A stretch of 34,147 nucleotides of DNA from a virus (lineage: Duplodnaviria > Caudoviricetes). This document shows positions 24,540 to 33,880 of the stretch, in pieces (the stretch's first letter is position 1; each line of letters opens with the position of its first letter). A program made the position numbers and the translations under genes. The notes beneath the pieces were generated by a model. The model saw nothing but the letters and a program-made list of their open reading frames with translations, did no database searches and was not told where the DNA came from. The DNA lies in IMG/VR virus record IMGVR_UViG_3300042503_001676, positions 1-34,147 of that record. One strand, given 5' to 3'.

Positions 24540-26489
24540 ATGCATGGCACGATCGAACTGCCGGCCCTGCGCCGCGCAGCCGACCTGTTGCCGGCCACGA
24601 TCGATGAGCAGGACCGCTCCATCGAAGTGGTCTGGTCGACGGGCGCGAGGGTCCGAAGGCAGCCGTTGTTCGGCGAGCCTTTCGACGAAGAGCTCAGTAT
24701 GGATCCTGGCAGCGTCCGGCTCGATAGACTGAACGCCGGCGGCCCGCTGCTCAAGGTCCACGATACCCGAACGCTTGATGCGGTCATCGGGTCGGTCGTG
24801 CCCGGCTCCGCCCGGATTGATCAGGGGCGCGGCGTCGCGCGCGTGCGCTTCAGCGAGCGCGAGGATGTCAGCGCCATCTGGGCCGACGTCCAAGCGGGCC
24901 ATCTGCGCGCCGTCTCCATCGGCTACCAGGTCCACCGCTTCGAGGTCAGTCGACCCGCCAATGCGCCCGAAGTCTGGCGCGCGGTTGATTGGACCCCATT
25001 CGAGATTTCCGCGGTCCCGGTCGGGGCCGATCCGGCGGCCGGCTTCCGTTCGGTTGACCCGCTGAGCCCCTGCGTCGTGGACCGGGACGACGCCTCCACC
25101 AAAGAGAGGATTTTCATGGACGAGACCAGTGTGACCACGACGGCGGCGCAGTCGGCGCCCGAACCCGTCACCCGTGCAGCCGAGGCCGCGCCCGATACCA
25201 AAGCCATCATTGCGCAGGCGCAGAGCGCCGAACGGGAAAGGGTCGGGACGATCTATGATCTTGCCGGTCGTCTGGGCCTGGAGCGCAGCATGGCCGAAGA
25301 CCTTGTCACCCGAGGCGTCGCCATCGACGAGGCGCGGCGCATCATCCTCGACAAGGTCGCGGACGCGGCTGAACAGTCGCGGACCTTCCCGCATGTTTCC
25401 GTACCCCTTGGCGGACGCGATGAGCGCCTGACGCGCCGCGAGGCTGTCGCCAATGCGCTCCTGCATCGCTACAGCCCGACGCTGTTCACGCTCAGCGATC
25501 CGGCACGCGAGTATCGCGGGATGACACTCCTGGAGCTGTCGCGGGAGTTTCTGGCATCTTCTGGCGTCAATGTGCGGGGTATGTCGCGGGACGAGATCGC
25601 GACTCGTGCTCTGCACTCGACATCGGACTTCCCCGAGGTATTGGCAGCGGTCACCAACAAGACACTGCGCCAGGCTTACGACGTCTATCCGCGCACTTTC
25701 ACGCCATTCTGTCGCCAGGTTCTGGCAACCGACTTCAAGGCGATGCATCGTGTGCAAATCGGTGAGGCGCCGCAGCTGCTCAAGGTCAGCGAAGGCGGCG
25801 AGTTCAAGCGCGGCACCATCGCTGAATCGAAGGAAAGCTATCGCATCGAGACCTATGGTCGGGTTGTTGCGATCACGCGCCAGGTCCTGATCAATGACGA
25901 CCTCGACGCCTTCACGCGCATTCCCGCGATGTACGGCACGGCTATCGCCACGCTTGAGAGCGATGTGGTCTGGGGCATCATCACAGCCAACGCCGCGATG
26001 GCCGATGGCGTGACCCTGTTCCATGCGACGCACAAGAATCTGGCGGGTACTGGGGCAGCGCTGAGCGTTGCGGCGATCGGCGAAGGTCGCGCCTCGATGG
26101 CCAAGCAGACGGGGCTCGACAAGAAAACGGTGCTCAATATCCGGCCGAGCTATCTCATCGTGCCGGCGGCTCTCGAACTCGCGGCTGAGCAGCTCGTCGC
26201 GCAGAACCTTCTGCCGGCGAAGACGCTCGACGTCGTTCCCCAGTCGATCCGCACGATCACGCCGATCTCCGAGCCGCGTCTCGACGCGGTCAGTGCGGGA
26301 GCATGGTATCTCGCAGCCAATCCCGCGCAGATCGACACGATCGAATACGCCTATCTCGAAGGCCAGCAGGGCGCTTACATCGAGACGAGGAACGGCTTTG
26401 ACGTCGATGGCGTGGAGATCAAGTGCCGCCTCGATTTCGGCGCCAAGGCAATCGACTGGCGCGGTCTCTACAAGAACAACGGCGCCTGA
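24540..26489 (+). CDS. Prohead protease / major capsid protein fusion
   Basis: 649 aa; N-terminal protease (LLKVH, VSIGY, EISAVPVGAD), scaffold-like linker, capsid domain (HSTSDFP, EGGEFK, TYG...TRQVLINDDL, D.RG.YK). Confidence 0.93.
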   Translation: MHGTIELPALRRAADLLPATIDEQDRSIEVVWSTGARVRRQPLFGEPFDEELSMDPGSVRLDRLNAGGPLLKVHDTRTLDAVIGSVVPGSARIDQGRGVARVRFSEREDVSAIWADVQAGHLRAVSIGYQVHRFEVSRPANAPEVWRAVDWTPFEISAVPVGADPAAGFRSVDPLSPCVVDRDDASTKERIFMDETSVTTTAAQSAPEPVTRAAEAAPDTKAIIAQAQSAERERVGTIYDLAGRLGLERSMAEDLVTRGVAIDEARRIILDKVADAAEQSRTFPHVSVPLGGRDERLTRREAVANALLHRYSPTLFTLSDPAREYRGMTLLELSREFLASSGVNVRGMSRDEIATRALHSTSDFPEVLAAVTNKTLRQAYDVYPRTFTPFCRQVLATDFKAMHRVQIGEAPQLLKVSEGGEFKRGTIAESKESYRIETYGRVVAITRQVLINDDLDAFTRIPAMYGTAIATLESDVVWGIITANAAMADGVTLFHATHKNLAGTGAALSVAAIGEGRASMAKQTGLDKKTVLNIRPSYLIVPAALELAAEQLVAQNLLPAKTLDVVPQSIRTITPISEPRLDAVSAGAWYLAANPAQIDTIEYAYLEGQQGAYIETRNGFDVDGVEIKCRLDFGAKAIDWRGLYKNNGA

Positions 26490-26592
26490 CGCCTATCCCC
26501 ATCAACATCCGAATGAGAACGGGCGGCCCCTGCGGCGGCAGCCGCAAATCTCTACGACCGCCCGCCCTTCGTCTTTTGGAGAGGAGTTTTCC

Positions 26593-26928
26593 ATGAAGAA
26601 CTATGTGCAGCCCGGCAAGACGATCACACTTGCGGCGCCCTATGCCGTCTCGGCAGGAGATGGTCTGCTGGTCGGCGCCATCTTTGGCGTGGCGACGGCA
26701 AGTGCCACCATCGGCGAAGCGGTCGAAGCCGCGCTGGTTGGCGTCTTCGACCTCAAGAAGGCCGCATCCCAGGCATGGGCCGTCGGCGACAAAGTCTACT
26801 GGGACAACACGGCGAAGGAGACCACCAAAACAGCGACCAGCAATACGCTGATCGGTGTGGCGATCGAGGCCGTCAGCAATGGCGCCAGCGACACCGTGGG
26901 CCGCCTGCGGCTGAACAGCAGCTACTAA
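26593..26928 (+). CDS. DUF2190-family capsid cement/decoration protein
   Basis: ATG at 26593 with GAGGAG RBS; MKNYVQPG.TITL.AP..V..G...GVFDL.K....GDKVYWD. Confidence 0.9.
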   Translation: MKNYVQPGKTITLAAPYAVSAGDGLLVGAIFGVATASATIGEAVEAALVGVFDLKKAASQAWAVGDKVYWDNTAKETTKTATSNTLIGVAIEAVSNGASDTVGRLRLNSSY

Positions 26929-26950
26929 CTAAGCGCGACCGCGATTGATC

Positions 26951-27253
26951 ATGGCGCCCCCAGAAGAAAGCGATCCACCCGATTTGCACTGGACCATCGA
27001 CCGTCGCATTCCGCTTGCGCTCATCACCACGCTACTCGTGCAGTTCGGCGGGTTCGTCTGGTGGTTCTCGTCGGTCGAATCCCGCCTGACGGTCAAAGAG
27101 CAGCGGCTGGCGCGCGTCGAGCAGCGTCTCGATGAGGACCAGCGGGCGATCTCAGCGATCGTGGAGCGACTGGCGCGCATTGAAGAACGTGCAAACGCGC
27201 AACTCGAGCTGCTCAGGCGGATCGATGGGCGTCTGCAGGAGCGTCGGCAATGA
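26951..27253 (+). CDS. Single-TM, coiled-coil membrane protein
   Basis: W.IDRRIPLALITTLLVQFGGFVWWFS hydrophobic segment followed by heptad-rich RLARVEQ...RLARIEE; ATGA overlap with the next gene. Confidence 0.75.
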   Translation: MAPPEESDPPDLHWTIDRRIPLALITTLLVQFGGFVWWFSSVESRLTVKEQRLARVEQRLDEDQRAISAIVERLARIEERANAQLELLRRIDGRLQERRQ

Positions 27254-27564
27254 CGGCTTTCGACACCGCACTCGGGAGCCTCTTTGCTGACGACAACCTT
27301 GCCCAGTCCGGGATCTGGCGTAGTGGGGGTCAGGTAGCGGGACATCCTGTGCGGATCCAGCGCGTGCAACCGCAACCGGTGTTCGAGATCAGCGGCGCCA
27401 AGCTTGTCCAGGACGCTACACTCTTCGACATCCGCGCTGAAGAAGCGTCAGGGATTGCGGAGGGCGACACGCTCGAAGTGTCGGGCATCATCTTTCGCGT
27501 GCAAGCGCCGCCGGTATCCACGATGGATGGCCGCATCCTGCGGCTCGATGTCATCGCGTCATGA
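27250..27564 (+). CDS. Head-tail joining/closure protein (gpFII-like)
   Basis: 104 aa, beta-rich, GDTLEV....FRVQ..P; position after the head genes. Confidence 0.75.
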   Translation: MTAFDTALGSLFADDNLAQSGIWRSGGQVAGHPVRIQRVQPQPVFEISGAKLVQDATLFDIRAEEASGIAEGDTLEVSGIIFRVQAPPVSTMDGRILRLDVIAS

Positions 27565-28262
27565 GGCTTGACCTCCAGATCGAGGGGGATCTGAACAAGA
27601 TCCTTGGCGATGAAGCTCGTGTCGCGGAGGCGGCTGTCACGGCGGCCGTGCGTAAGGCGGGCGAAAGCTTGAAGAGCGAGTTGCGCGCGCAGGTCGCGGG
27701 CGCAGGCCTTGGACGACGCCTCGCAAATGCCGTGCGCTGCAATGTCTATCCGGAACGTGGTGAGAGCCTCAGCGCGGCGGCATGGGTCTTTGCCCGGCCC
27801 GGCAAGGGCGGGCGCGGTGGCGCGGCGGATATCATCGCAGCCTTCGAGGAAGGCACACTCATACGACGCAGCGGCGGACGTTATCTCGCCATCCCGACCG
27901 AAAACGTGCCCATGAAGGGCGGTGGTCGCCGAATGACCCCGAACGACATGCAGAGCGGGACGAAATTCAGCGGTTTTGGTCGCGATCTCGAAGTCGTCCC
28001 TACCAACCGACTCGGCGTGCTGTTGCTTGTGCTGCCAGTCGTTCGCGCCACGAACGGCCGAACGCTGCGGCCGGCAACCGGTCGCCGCGTCAAGGCGGGC
28101 CGCAACGTCGAGTGGGTTCCGATGTTCATCCTGGTGCGCCAGGTTCAGATGCCACGCCTGCTGGATTGGCGTGGACCAGCGGAAAGCTGGGTGAACCGGC
28201 TGCCGGATCAGGTCGTGCGGGAGTGGGAGGCGCGTGATCGCGCGAGCCAAGATGCCCAGTAA
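27561..28262 (+). CDS. Neck/tail completion protein (DUF6441-like)
   Basis: 233 aa, basic; LK.ELRAQV.GAGLG.RLANA, YP..G.SL.AA, YLAIPT, VPMFILVRQV. Confidence 0.75.
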   Translation: MRLDLQIEGDLNKILGDEARVAEAAVTAAVRKAGESLKSELRAQVAGAGLGRRLANAVRCNVYPERGESLSAAAWVFARPGKGGRGGAADIIAAFEEGTLIRRSGGRYLAIPTENVPMKGGGRRMTPNDMQSGTKFSGFGRDLEVVPTNRLGVLLLVLPVVRATNGRTLRPATGRRVKAGRNVEWVPMFILVRQVQMPRLLDWRGPAESWVNRLPDQVVREWEARDRASQDAQ

Positions 28263-28674
28263 ACGCGAACTCGTGCTTCAGGCCCTTCATGCCCGATTGA
28301 CTGCTGTTCCTCTCGCCAAAGTTGAACGGAACCGTCTGCGACCGGAAAGGATCCCGCCAGAGGGCCTGATCATTCTGCGCGACGGCGAGATTGGCGAGCC
28401 TGAGGTTCTGCTATCGCCGCTGAGCTACATCTGGACCCATGCGGCGCGCGTCGAGGTGTTCTCGGCATCCGGGGATCCCGACGCGCATCTCGACACGTTA
28501 CTCACTTCCATCGCCACCGTCCTCGGCATTGATCCCGCCTTGGGCGGAGAAATCGATCAGATCGAGATCGGGGCGCCGGACTTTGACGGCGCCGCACCTG
28601 AAGGCGGATCCGACGTCAAGGCTGCCATCGTCCCCATCCGCCTCGTCTATGAGACGAGCAATCCGCTGACCTGA
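28252..28674 (+). CDS. Tail terminator protein (gpU-like)
   Basis: MPSKRE.VL.AL...PERIP..GLIILRDG..GEPEV.LSPL.Y...D..LGG...Y.T.NPL; directly precedes the tail tube gene. Confidence 0.75.
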   Translation: MPSKRELVLQALHARLTAVPLAKVERNRLRPERIPPEGLIILRDGEIGEPEVLLSPLSYIWTHAARVEVFSASGDPDAHLDTLLTSIATVLGIDPALGGEIDQIEIGAPDFDGAAPEGGSDVKAAIVPIRLVYETSNPLT

Positions 28675-28730
28675 GGCGTCTGCCCCAGACGCAGTTCCCA
28701 AAACTTTGAACCAGAAAGAGGAGACCCGGC

Positions 28731-29681
28731 ATGGCGCTTGGTTTCGGTGCAAATGCGCGCCTGATGGCAGCCTATGAGACGACCTACGGAACGCCACCGT
28801 CCGATGGCTATCACCGGCTTGGCTTTTCGCGATACGGGCTATCCGCCCGCCAACCCCTGCTCGAAAATGATTTGCTTGGCGAGGGACGCGATCCCGCGCC
28901 TGCGGTGCTTGGCGCTCTTACCTGCGACGGTGAAGTCGCCGTGCCCTGCGATGCGCGGCAGATCGGCTTCTGGCTGAAGGCGCTACTAGGTGAGCCGACA
29001 ACGACGGGCACCACGAATTTCACGCATAGCTTCCAGTCCGGCGGCGCCACCATCCCAAGCCTGTCGCTTCAGGCGATCAACCCGGACGTCCCGCTGCGGC
29101 GTACACATTTTGGCGCCCGCGTTGATAGCTTCACGCTGCCGCTCCGCCGCGACGGCCTAACCAGCGCCACCCTATCCCTCATCGCGCAGGGAGAGAGCAC
29201 GGACAATGTCGACCGCGACCTGACGCCGGTGAGTTACAACGCACTGCGCTTCGGCTCCTTCCAGGGAACGATCCGACGCAACGGCACAGCCATGGGGCGC
29301 GTTGTCTCGGCTGAGATCGTCTATCGCAATGGCCTCGACCGTATCGAGACGATCCGATCGGATGGGCTGATCGACAGCGCTGAGCCGACCGTTGCTGCCT
29401 GTACGGGTAACATCGTGGTTCGCGTAGACGGAACGACGCTGATCGATGCTGCAACGGCAGGCACGCCCATGGAGCTCGATTTCGGCTATGTGCGCGACGC
29501 CAACACGAGCCTGATATTTACCGTTCACGAGGCGGTGCTGTCTCGCCCTTCCGTGCCGATCGAAGGCCCGTCCGGCATCCAGGTCACCTTCGAGTTTCGC
29601 GGCGCCAAGGATCCAACGCTTGGACGCATGCTGACTGCCATCCTCAAGAATGATGTCGCTGCCTATGGAGCCACGCCATGA
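28731..29681 (+). CDS. Tail tube (major tail) protein
   Basis: 316 aa; GAGGAG RBS; ETTYGT.P, GRDP, IGFWLK..LG, PIEGP.GIQVTF.F, L.NDV..Y. Confidence 0.88.
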   Translation: MALGFGANARLMAAYETTYGTPPSDGYHRLGFSRYGLSARQPLLENDLLGEGRDPAPAVLGALTCDGEVAVPCDARQIGFWLKALLGEPTTTGTTNFTHSFQSGGATIPSLSLQAINPDVPLRRTHFGARVDSFTLPLRRDGLTSATLSLIAQGESTDNVDRDLTPVSYNALRFGSFQGTIRRNGTAMGRVVSAEIVYRNGLDRIETIRSDGLIDSAEPTVAACTGNIVVRVDGTTLIDAATAGTPMELDFGYVRDANTSLIFTVHEAVLSRPSVPIEGPSGIQVTFEFRGAKDPTLGRMLTAILKNDVAAYGATP

Positions 29682-30040
29682 TCCGCCTTGGTCTCAAATC
29701 CGAGCCCTATTGGCTCGATCTGCTGCCTGGTGTGCGGCTCAAGGTCCGTCCATTCGGGACGGCGCTCTTCTTCGCCGCCCAATCCGCCATGGTGCGGGTG
29801 GACACCGAGGGCGAGACGGCCAGCGAAGTCATCGATGCTCTGCGCGGCGTCGCTTTTATCAAGGCGCTCGCCCGGCTTTCCATCATCGATTGGGAGGGGA
29901 TCGCCGACGATAAGGGCGCCCCCGCGCCGGTCACCCCTGACGCCGTCGAAGCGCTGATGGAGATCTGGCAGGCGGCCGCCGCTTTCGAGCGGATCTATGC
30001 ACGCCCGATTGCGGAGATCGAAGCCGAAAAAAACGCCTGA
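29678..30040 (+). CDS. Tail assembly chaperone (gpG-like)
   Basis: 120 aa; IIDWEGI.D..G...PVT; ends EKNA across slippery heptamer A AAA AAC (30028-30034). Confidence 0.88.
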   Translation: MIRLGLKSEPYWLDLLPGVRLKVRPFGTALFFAAQSAMVRVDTEGETASEVIDALRGVAFIKALARLSIIDWEGIADDKGAPAPVTPDAVEALMEIWQAAAAFERIYARPIAEIEAEKNA

Positions 30041-30363
30041 GCGCCCGCGCCGAATGGCATTTCGGCGGCGGGCCCGCCTATTGCGTAGCTTGCCCCGGGC
30101 GCTGCCCCGAATGTCCCTATGAACGCGATCAACCAGCCACCGCTGAGGGCTGGGAAGTCTGGGACCTTCTGGAACGTTGCACAGGGCAACTTCGTATGGG
30201 GCCTGCGGGCCCGGTTGGGCTCGATTTCGGGGCCGTATTTCTCATAGGTGATGCGCTCGGCGTAAGCCGACCAGCGCTCGCCGAATTCCTGCCCGCAGCC
30301 GAAGCCGGCCTCATGCGCGGCCTCACAAAGCGAAGCGACAAGAGCGAGGATGGCGAACCGTAA
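30034..30363 (+). CDS. -1 frame extension (gpT-like) of the tail assembly chaperone; not in the ORF track
   Basis: 109 open codons in the -1 frame: RLSARAEWHFGGGPAYCVACPGRCPECPY...EGWEVWDLL...GLDFGAV...LPAAEAGL...EP, TAA at 30361-30363. Confidence 0.85.
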   Translation, partial: RLSARAEWHFGGGPAYCVACPGRCPECPYERDQPATAEGWEVWDLLERCTGQLRMGPAGPVGLDFGAVFLIGDALGVSRPALAEFLPAAEAGLMRGLTKRSDKSEDGEP

Positions 30364-33300
30364 CATCTCGGTCCGACTGCAGGTCGATGGCGGACGCTTC
30401 AAGGCCGAATTGGTCGAAGCGGGTCGTACCGGCCAGCAGGCGCTCAAGACCATCGAGACGGCGGCGCGCGATGCCAGCAACGCTCTGGAGCGGACCGGCG
30501 CCTCCGCACAAAAGGCCGACCGGGAGCAGGAGAAGCTCGCCCGTTCCGCCGAGCGCCTGAAGCGTCAATACGCGGAAGGCTATCAGGCAGCTCAGGAACA
30601 GGGCCGCGCAAGCGCCCTGCTCAGCAAAGGGCTGCTGACGCAGGGCGAGTATGCGAGCGTCGTCGAGGGCATCGGGCGCAAATTCACCGTTGCCGGCACG
30701 CAGGCGCGCAGCTTTGGCCAGGCTGTCGAGACACAGGGCCAGCAGGCCCGCATCACAGCACGGCAGTTGGCTCAGCTGCAGCCGCAGCTGAACGATATCT
30801 TCACGACGCTGACGACGGGCATGAGCCCGCTGACAGTGGCGCTCCAACAGGGTCCGCAGATCACCCAGATCTTTGGCGGGATCGGGGCGACGTTCCGGGC
30901 GATCCCGCCTGTGGCGCTCGGCGCGGCGGCTGCCTTGGCTGCGGTCGGCATTCCGCTCGCGATCATTCTGTCGCGCGCGACGGATCTTGCCGCAGAAAGC
31001 CGCACCTTCAACGTGGCGCTTGCCGCCATGGGGCGCCAAGGCCAGACGACTGCTGGGCAGCTCAACGAACTCGTCGAGAAACTGCGCGATGTCGGCGTCG
31101 CACGCGACGAGGCGCGCTCAGCGATCTCGACCCTTATTCGCACGCCGAACCTTCCGGGCGCGGAGATCCCGCGTCTGGCGAGCATGGCGCCCGATCTGGC
31201 GGCCGCGATGGGAACCGGCACCAGTGACGCAGCTCGTCAACTCGCGGAATTGGCGACCGGCGGCTACGACGCGATCATCAAGCTGGATCGGGCGCTGAAT
31301 GGCTTCCTGAACCCATCCCAACGCGAGAATATCCGTCTCCTCGCTGAGCAAGGCGAGAAGTCACGCGCTTATGGCATCGCGATTGCAGCGCTGCAGGAAC
31401 GCATCAGGGGGCTGAACGAGCAGTCGCTTTCGCCCACCGAGAAGTCGATTAACGATATCAGTCGTGCCTGGGACCGCCTCGTCGATAACTTGGCGCGCGG
31501 CGCGATCGGCCGGATCACGCTGCAGGTCGTCGAAGGCGCGATCTCCGGCGCAGCCAATCTGCTTGCCCCATCCCAGCCGCGTGTACGCGATCCCCTCGCT
31601 GAAGCTGAGGATGCGCTGCAAATGGCGGTCGAGCGGCTCGACCGCTTCAACCGCGAGACCCGGCTCTACAGAGACCCGAATGCAGAAGTGGTCATTCCAG
31701 GCTTTGGCTATGGGTCGCCCAATGCCGTCAGGCTTCAAGTCCAGGAGCAGGTCGAGGCCGCACGTGCGGAGTATGAACGGCTTCGGCAAGCTGCTGAACA
31801 GGCGCAGGCCCGCGCTCAAGCGCAAGCCCAGTCGCCCGTGGTTGCAGGTTCTGCCGCTAATGCGCCACAGTCCCTGGCGATCGGCGAAGAGACCGCACGC
31901 CAGATTGCCGATCTCGAACGACGCCAACGGATCTACAACGCAGCGCCCGCCCGCCGCCCTCTTGTGGAGGCGGAGATCCAGGCGGAGATCACGGCGCGCG
32001 AGCGGAATCTCAATGCGCTGGAGGCGGAAGCGCTCAAGCGCCGCATGGTTGCTGACGCGGCGGCTCAGCAGCGTCAACAATACCAGGACCAGACACGCGA
32101 ACTGGAGATCCAGAGCCGCGCGACGCTCGCTGTGGCGGACGCCTATGGGCAAGGCCAATCGGCCGTCATCCGTGCCGAGGCGGCCCGGCAAGCGGCAGTC
32201 GAGGGCTATCGTAACGGGATCAATGAGACGGCGAGAACGGAGGAAATCCTCCGGACCCGCGTCATGGAAACAGTGGAGGCGCAGGCTCGTGCAGCCTTCC
32301 AGGCGGAACTGTCCGCGCAAAGCGCACGCAGGCTCGCGGAAGCCGAGGCGCAAGGAACTGCCGCCGTCCAGCGCGCAGAGGTGGCCGAGCGGTCCTTGGC
32401 TGCGACGCGTGATGCGCGCGCGGCCCTGTCACTTGCCACGGGCGCTGCCGAAGAACGCCTACGCGCATCAATTGAAGCGACGACCCGCGCAATCGAAGCA
32501 CAGGCCGCAGCTGAACGCGCACGCGCGCTGGCCCGCGAGCGACGCACATCGACCAATGACCGGGACATCGCGGAACGGGAGGCGCAAGCCGCCCGCCTCA
32601 GCGATCCTGCCGAGCGGCGCGCTGCGGAACTTGCCATCGAACGTGAGCGTCGCATGCAAAGCATGCGTGAGCGTCTTGGTGGCGTGGATGAACAGGTGCT
32701 CCAAGCGCAGGACGCTGCTGCTGCGTTTCGCGAGCAGGCGCGTTACTTCAATGACATCCGCGATCAGGCAAAGAGCCTGTCAAGTGATATATCGAACTTC
32801 CTGGTCGACGGCTTCGCCAATGCCGGTAAAGCCGGAAAGAGCGTCTTTGCCAACCTTGCCGAAGGCGCAGTCGGCTTGTTCCGACGCATGGCCGCACGCA
32901 TTGCGGCGACGCTGATTGAGCAGAAATTCATCCTGCCGATCACCACGCAAATCGTGGGCGCATTTCCGAGTCTCTTCGGAGTGGTGGCGCCGCAAGCCGC
33001 TGCGCAGGCCGGTGCAGGCGCTGCCGCTGCAAGTACTGGCGGTGGGTTCTTTGATGGGATCTTCAATTGGATTTCCGGCCTCTTCGGCGCTGCGCATGCC
33101 GGTGGCCTGGTCGGTATAGCGCCATCCCATACCCGGTTGGTGGCACTCGGCGCCTTTGCGGGAGCCGAGCGCTTCCATGCAGGCGGCATGTTGGGTTTAC
33201 GGCCCGATGAGGTGCCGTTTGTCGGTCTGCGCGGTGAGGAGGTTTTGACGCGCAGCGACCCGCGTCATCGGTGGAATGCTGAGCGTCTCGATCGAATGCG

Positions 33301-33520
33301 GATGCCGACGCCGGCGAATGATGTGCAGGTCAATGTCTACGACATGCGCATCGGTCGCGATCAGCCGCCTGCGCGCACCGAGCAGCGTCGCGGGGCCGAC
33401 GGTAAACGGGAAATCGCGGTCTTCATCGAAGACAAGATCGATGAAGCAATCCGAAGCGGTCGCCTCGATCGGGCGCAAGGCGAGACCTATGGCTCGCGGC
33501 GCGTGACCAAGCGGGTGTGA
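30350..33520 (+). CDS. Tail tape measure protein
   Basis: 1056 aa, Ala/Gln/Glu/Arg-rich helical; QLNDIFTTL.TG.SPL.VALQQGPQI lambda-like N-terminal motif; C-terminal HAGG...DEVP....RGEEVL. Confidence 0.95.
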   Translation: MANRNISVRLQVDGGRFKAELVEAGRTGQQALKTIETAARDASNALERTGASAQKADREQEKLARSAERLKRQYAEGYQAAQEQGRASALLSKGLLTQGEYASVVEGIGRKFTVAGTQARSFGQAVETQGQQARITARQLAQLQPQLNDIFTTLTTGMSPLTVALQQGPQITQIFGGIGATFRAIPPVALGAAAALAAVGIPLAIILSRATDLAAESRTFNVALAAMGRQGQTTAGQLNELVEKLRDVGVARDEARSAISTLIRTPNLPGAEIPRLASMAPDLAAAMGTGTSDAARQLAELATGGYDAIIKLDRALNGFLNPSQRENIRLLAEQGEKSRAYGIAIAALQERIRGLNEQSLSPTEKSINDISRAWDRLVDNLARGAIGRITLQVVEGAISGAANLLAPSQPRVRDPLAEAEDALQMAVERLDRFNRETRLYRDPNAEVVIPGFGYGSPNAVRLQVQEQVEAARAEYERLRQAAEQAQARAQAQAQSPVVAGSAANAPQSLAIGEETARQIADLERRQRIYNAAPARRPLVEAEIQAEITARERNLNALEAEALKRRMVADAAAQQRQQYQDQTRELEIQSRATLAVADAYGQGQSAVIRAEAARQAAVEGYRNGINETARTEEILRTRVMETVEAQARAAFQAELSAQSARRLAEAEAQGTAAVQRAEVAERSLAATRDARAALSLATGAAEERLRASIEATTRAIEAQAAAERARALARERRTSTNDRDIAEREAQAARLSDPAERRAAELAIERERRMQSMRERLGGVDEQVLQAQDAAAAFREQARYFNDIRDQAKSLSSDISNFLVDGFANAGKAGKSVFANLAEGAVGLFRRMAARIAATLIEQKFILPITTQIVGAFPSLFGVVAPQAAAQAGAGAAAASTGGGFFDGIFNWISGLFGAAHAGGLVGIAPSHTRLVALGAFAGAERFHAGGMLGLRPDEVPFVGLRGEEVLTRSDPRHRWNAERLDRMRMPTPANDVQVNVYDMRIGRDQPPARTEQRRGADGKREIAVFIEDKIDEAIRSGRLDRAQGETYGSRRVTKRV

Positions 33521-33523
33521 AGG

Positions 33524-33880
33524 ATGGCCAATATCGTCTGGCCTTCGAGCCTCCCGCAGCGCCCGACCGTCGGCGGGTACCAGGAGCGCTTTGCCGACAC
33601 GGTCTTGCGCACGGCCATGGAGACTGGGGCGGCCAAGACCCGGCGCCGCTTCACGGCAGCGCCACGTCAGATCGAGGTGACCTTCCGCGTCAACGCGGCA
33701 CAGGCCGCGACCCTCAAGACCTTCTTCGAAGAAACGACCGCCGGTGGCGCCTTGGCCTTCGACTGGATGCACCCGCGTGAAGGGTCGTCAGCGGAGTTCC
33801 GTTTTGTCGAAGCGCCCCGCGTTTCGGCTGTCACAGGAACGCTGTTCTCGATCGCGATCAAACTGGAGCAGATGCCGTGA
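33524..33880 (+). CDS. Distal tail protein (gpM-like)
   Basis: 118 aa; WP..LP, RT.METG.AK.RRRFT, F..FF.....GG...FDW.HP; follows the tape measure gene. Confidence 0.8.
   Translation: MANIVWPSSLPQRPTVGGYQERFADTVLRTAMETGAAKTRRRFTAAPRQIEVTFRVNAAQAATLKTFFEETTAGGALAFDWMHPREGSSAEFRFVEAPRVSAVTGTLFSIAIKLEQMP

Noticed and set aside
13834-26033. Long antisense ORFs (13834..15126, 21361..22848, 22901..24535, 24522..26033)
   Set aside because: Shadow frames of GC-rich sense genes with clear phage motifs; no recognisable domains
31464-32915. 483-aa alternative-frame ORF inside the tape measure gene
   Set aside because: Arg/Pro/Ser-rich composition typical of an off-frame read of Ala/Glu-rich GC-biased codons; no RBS or domain seen
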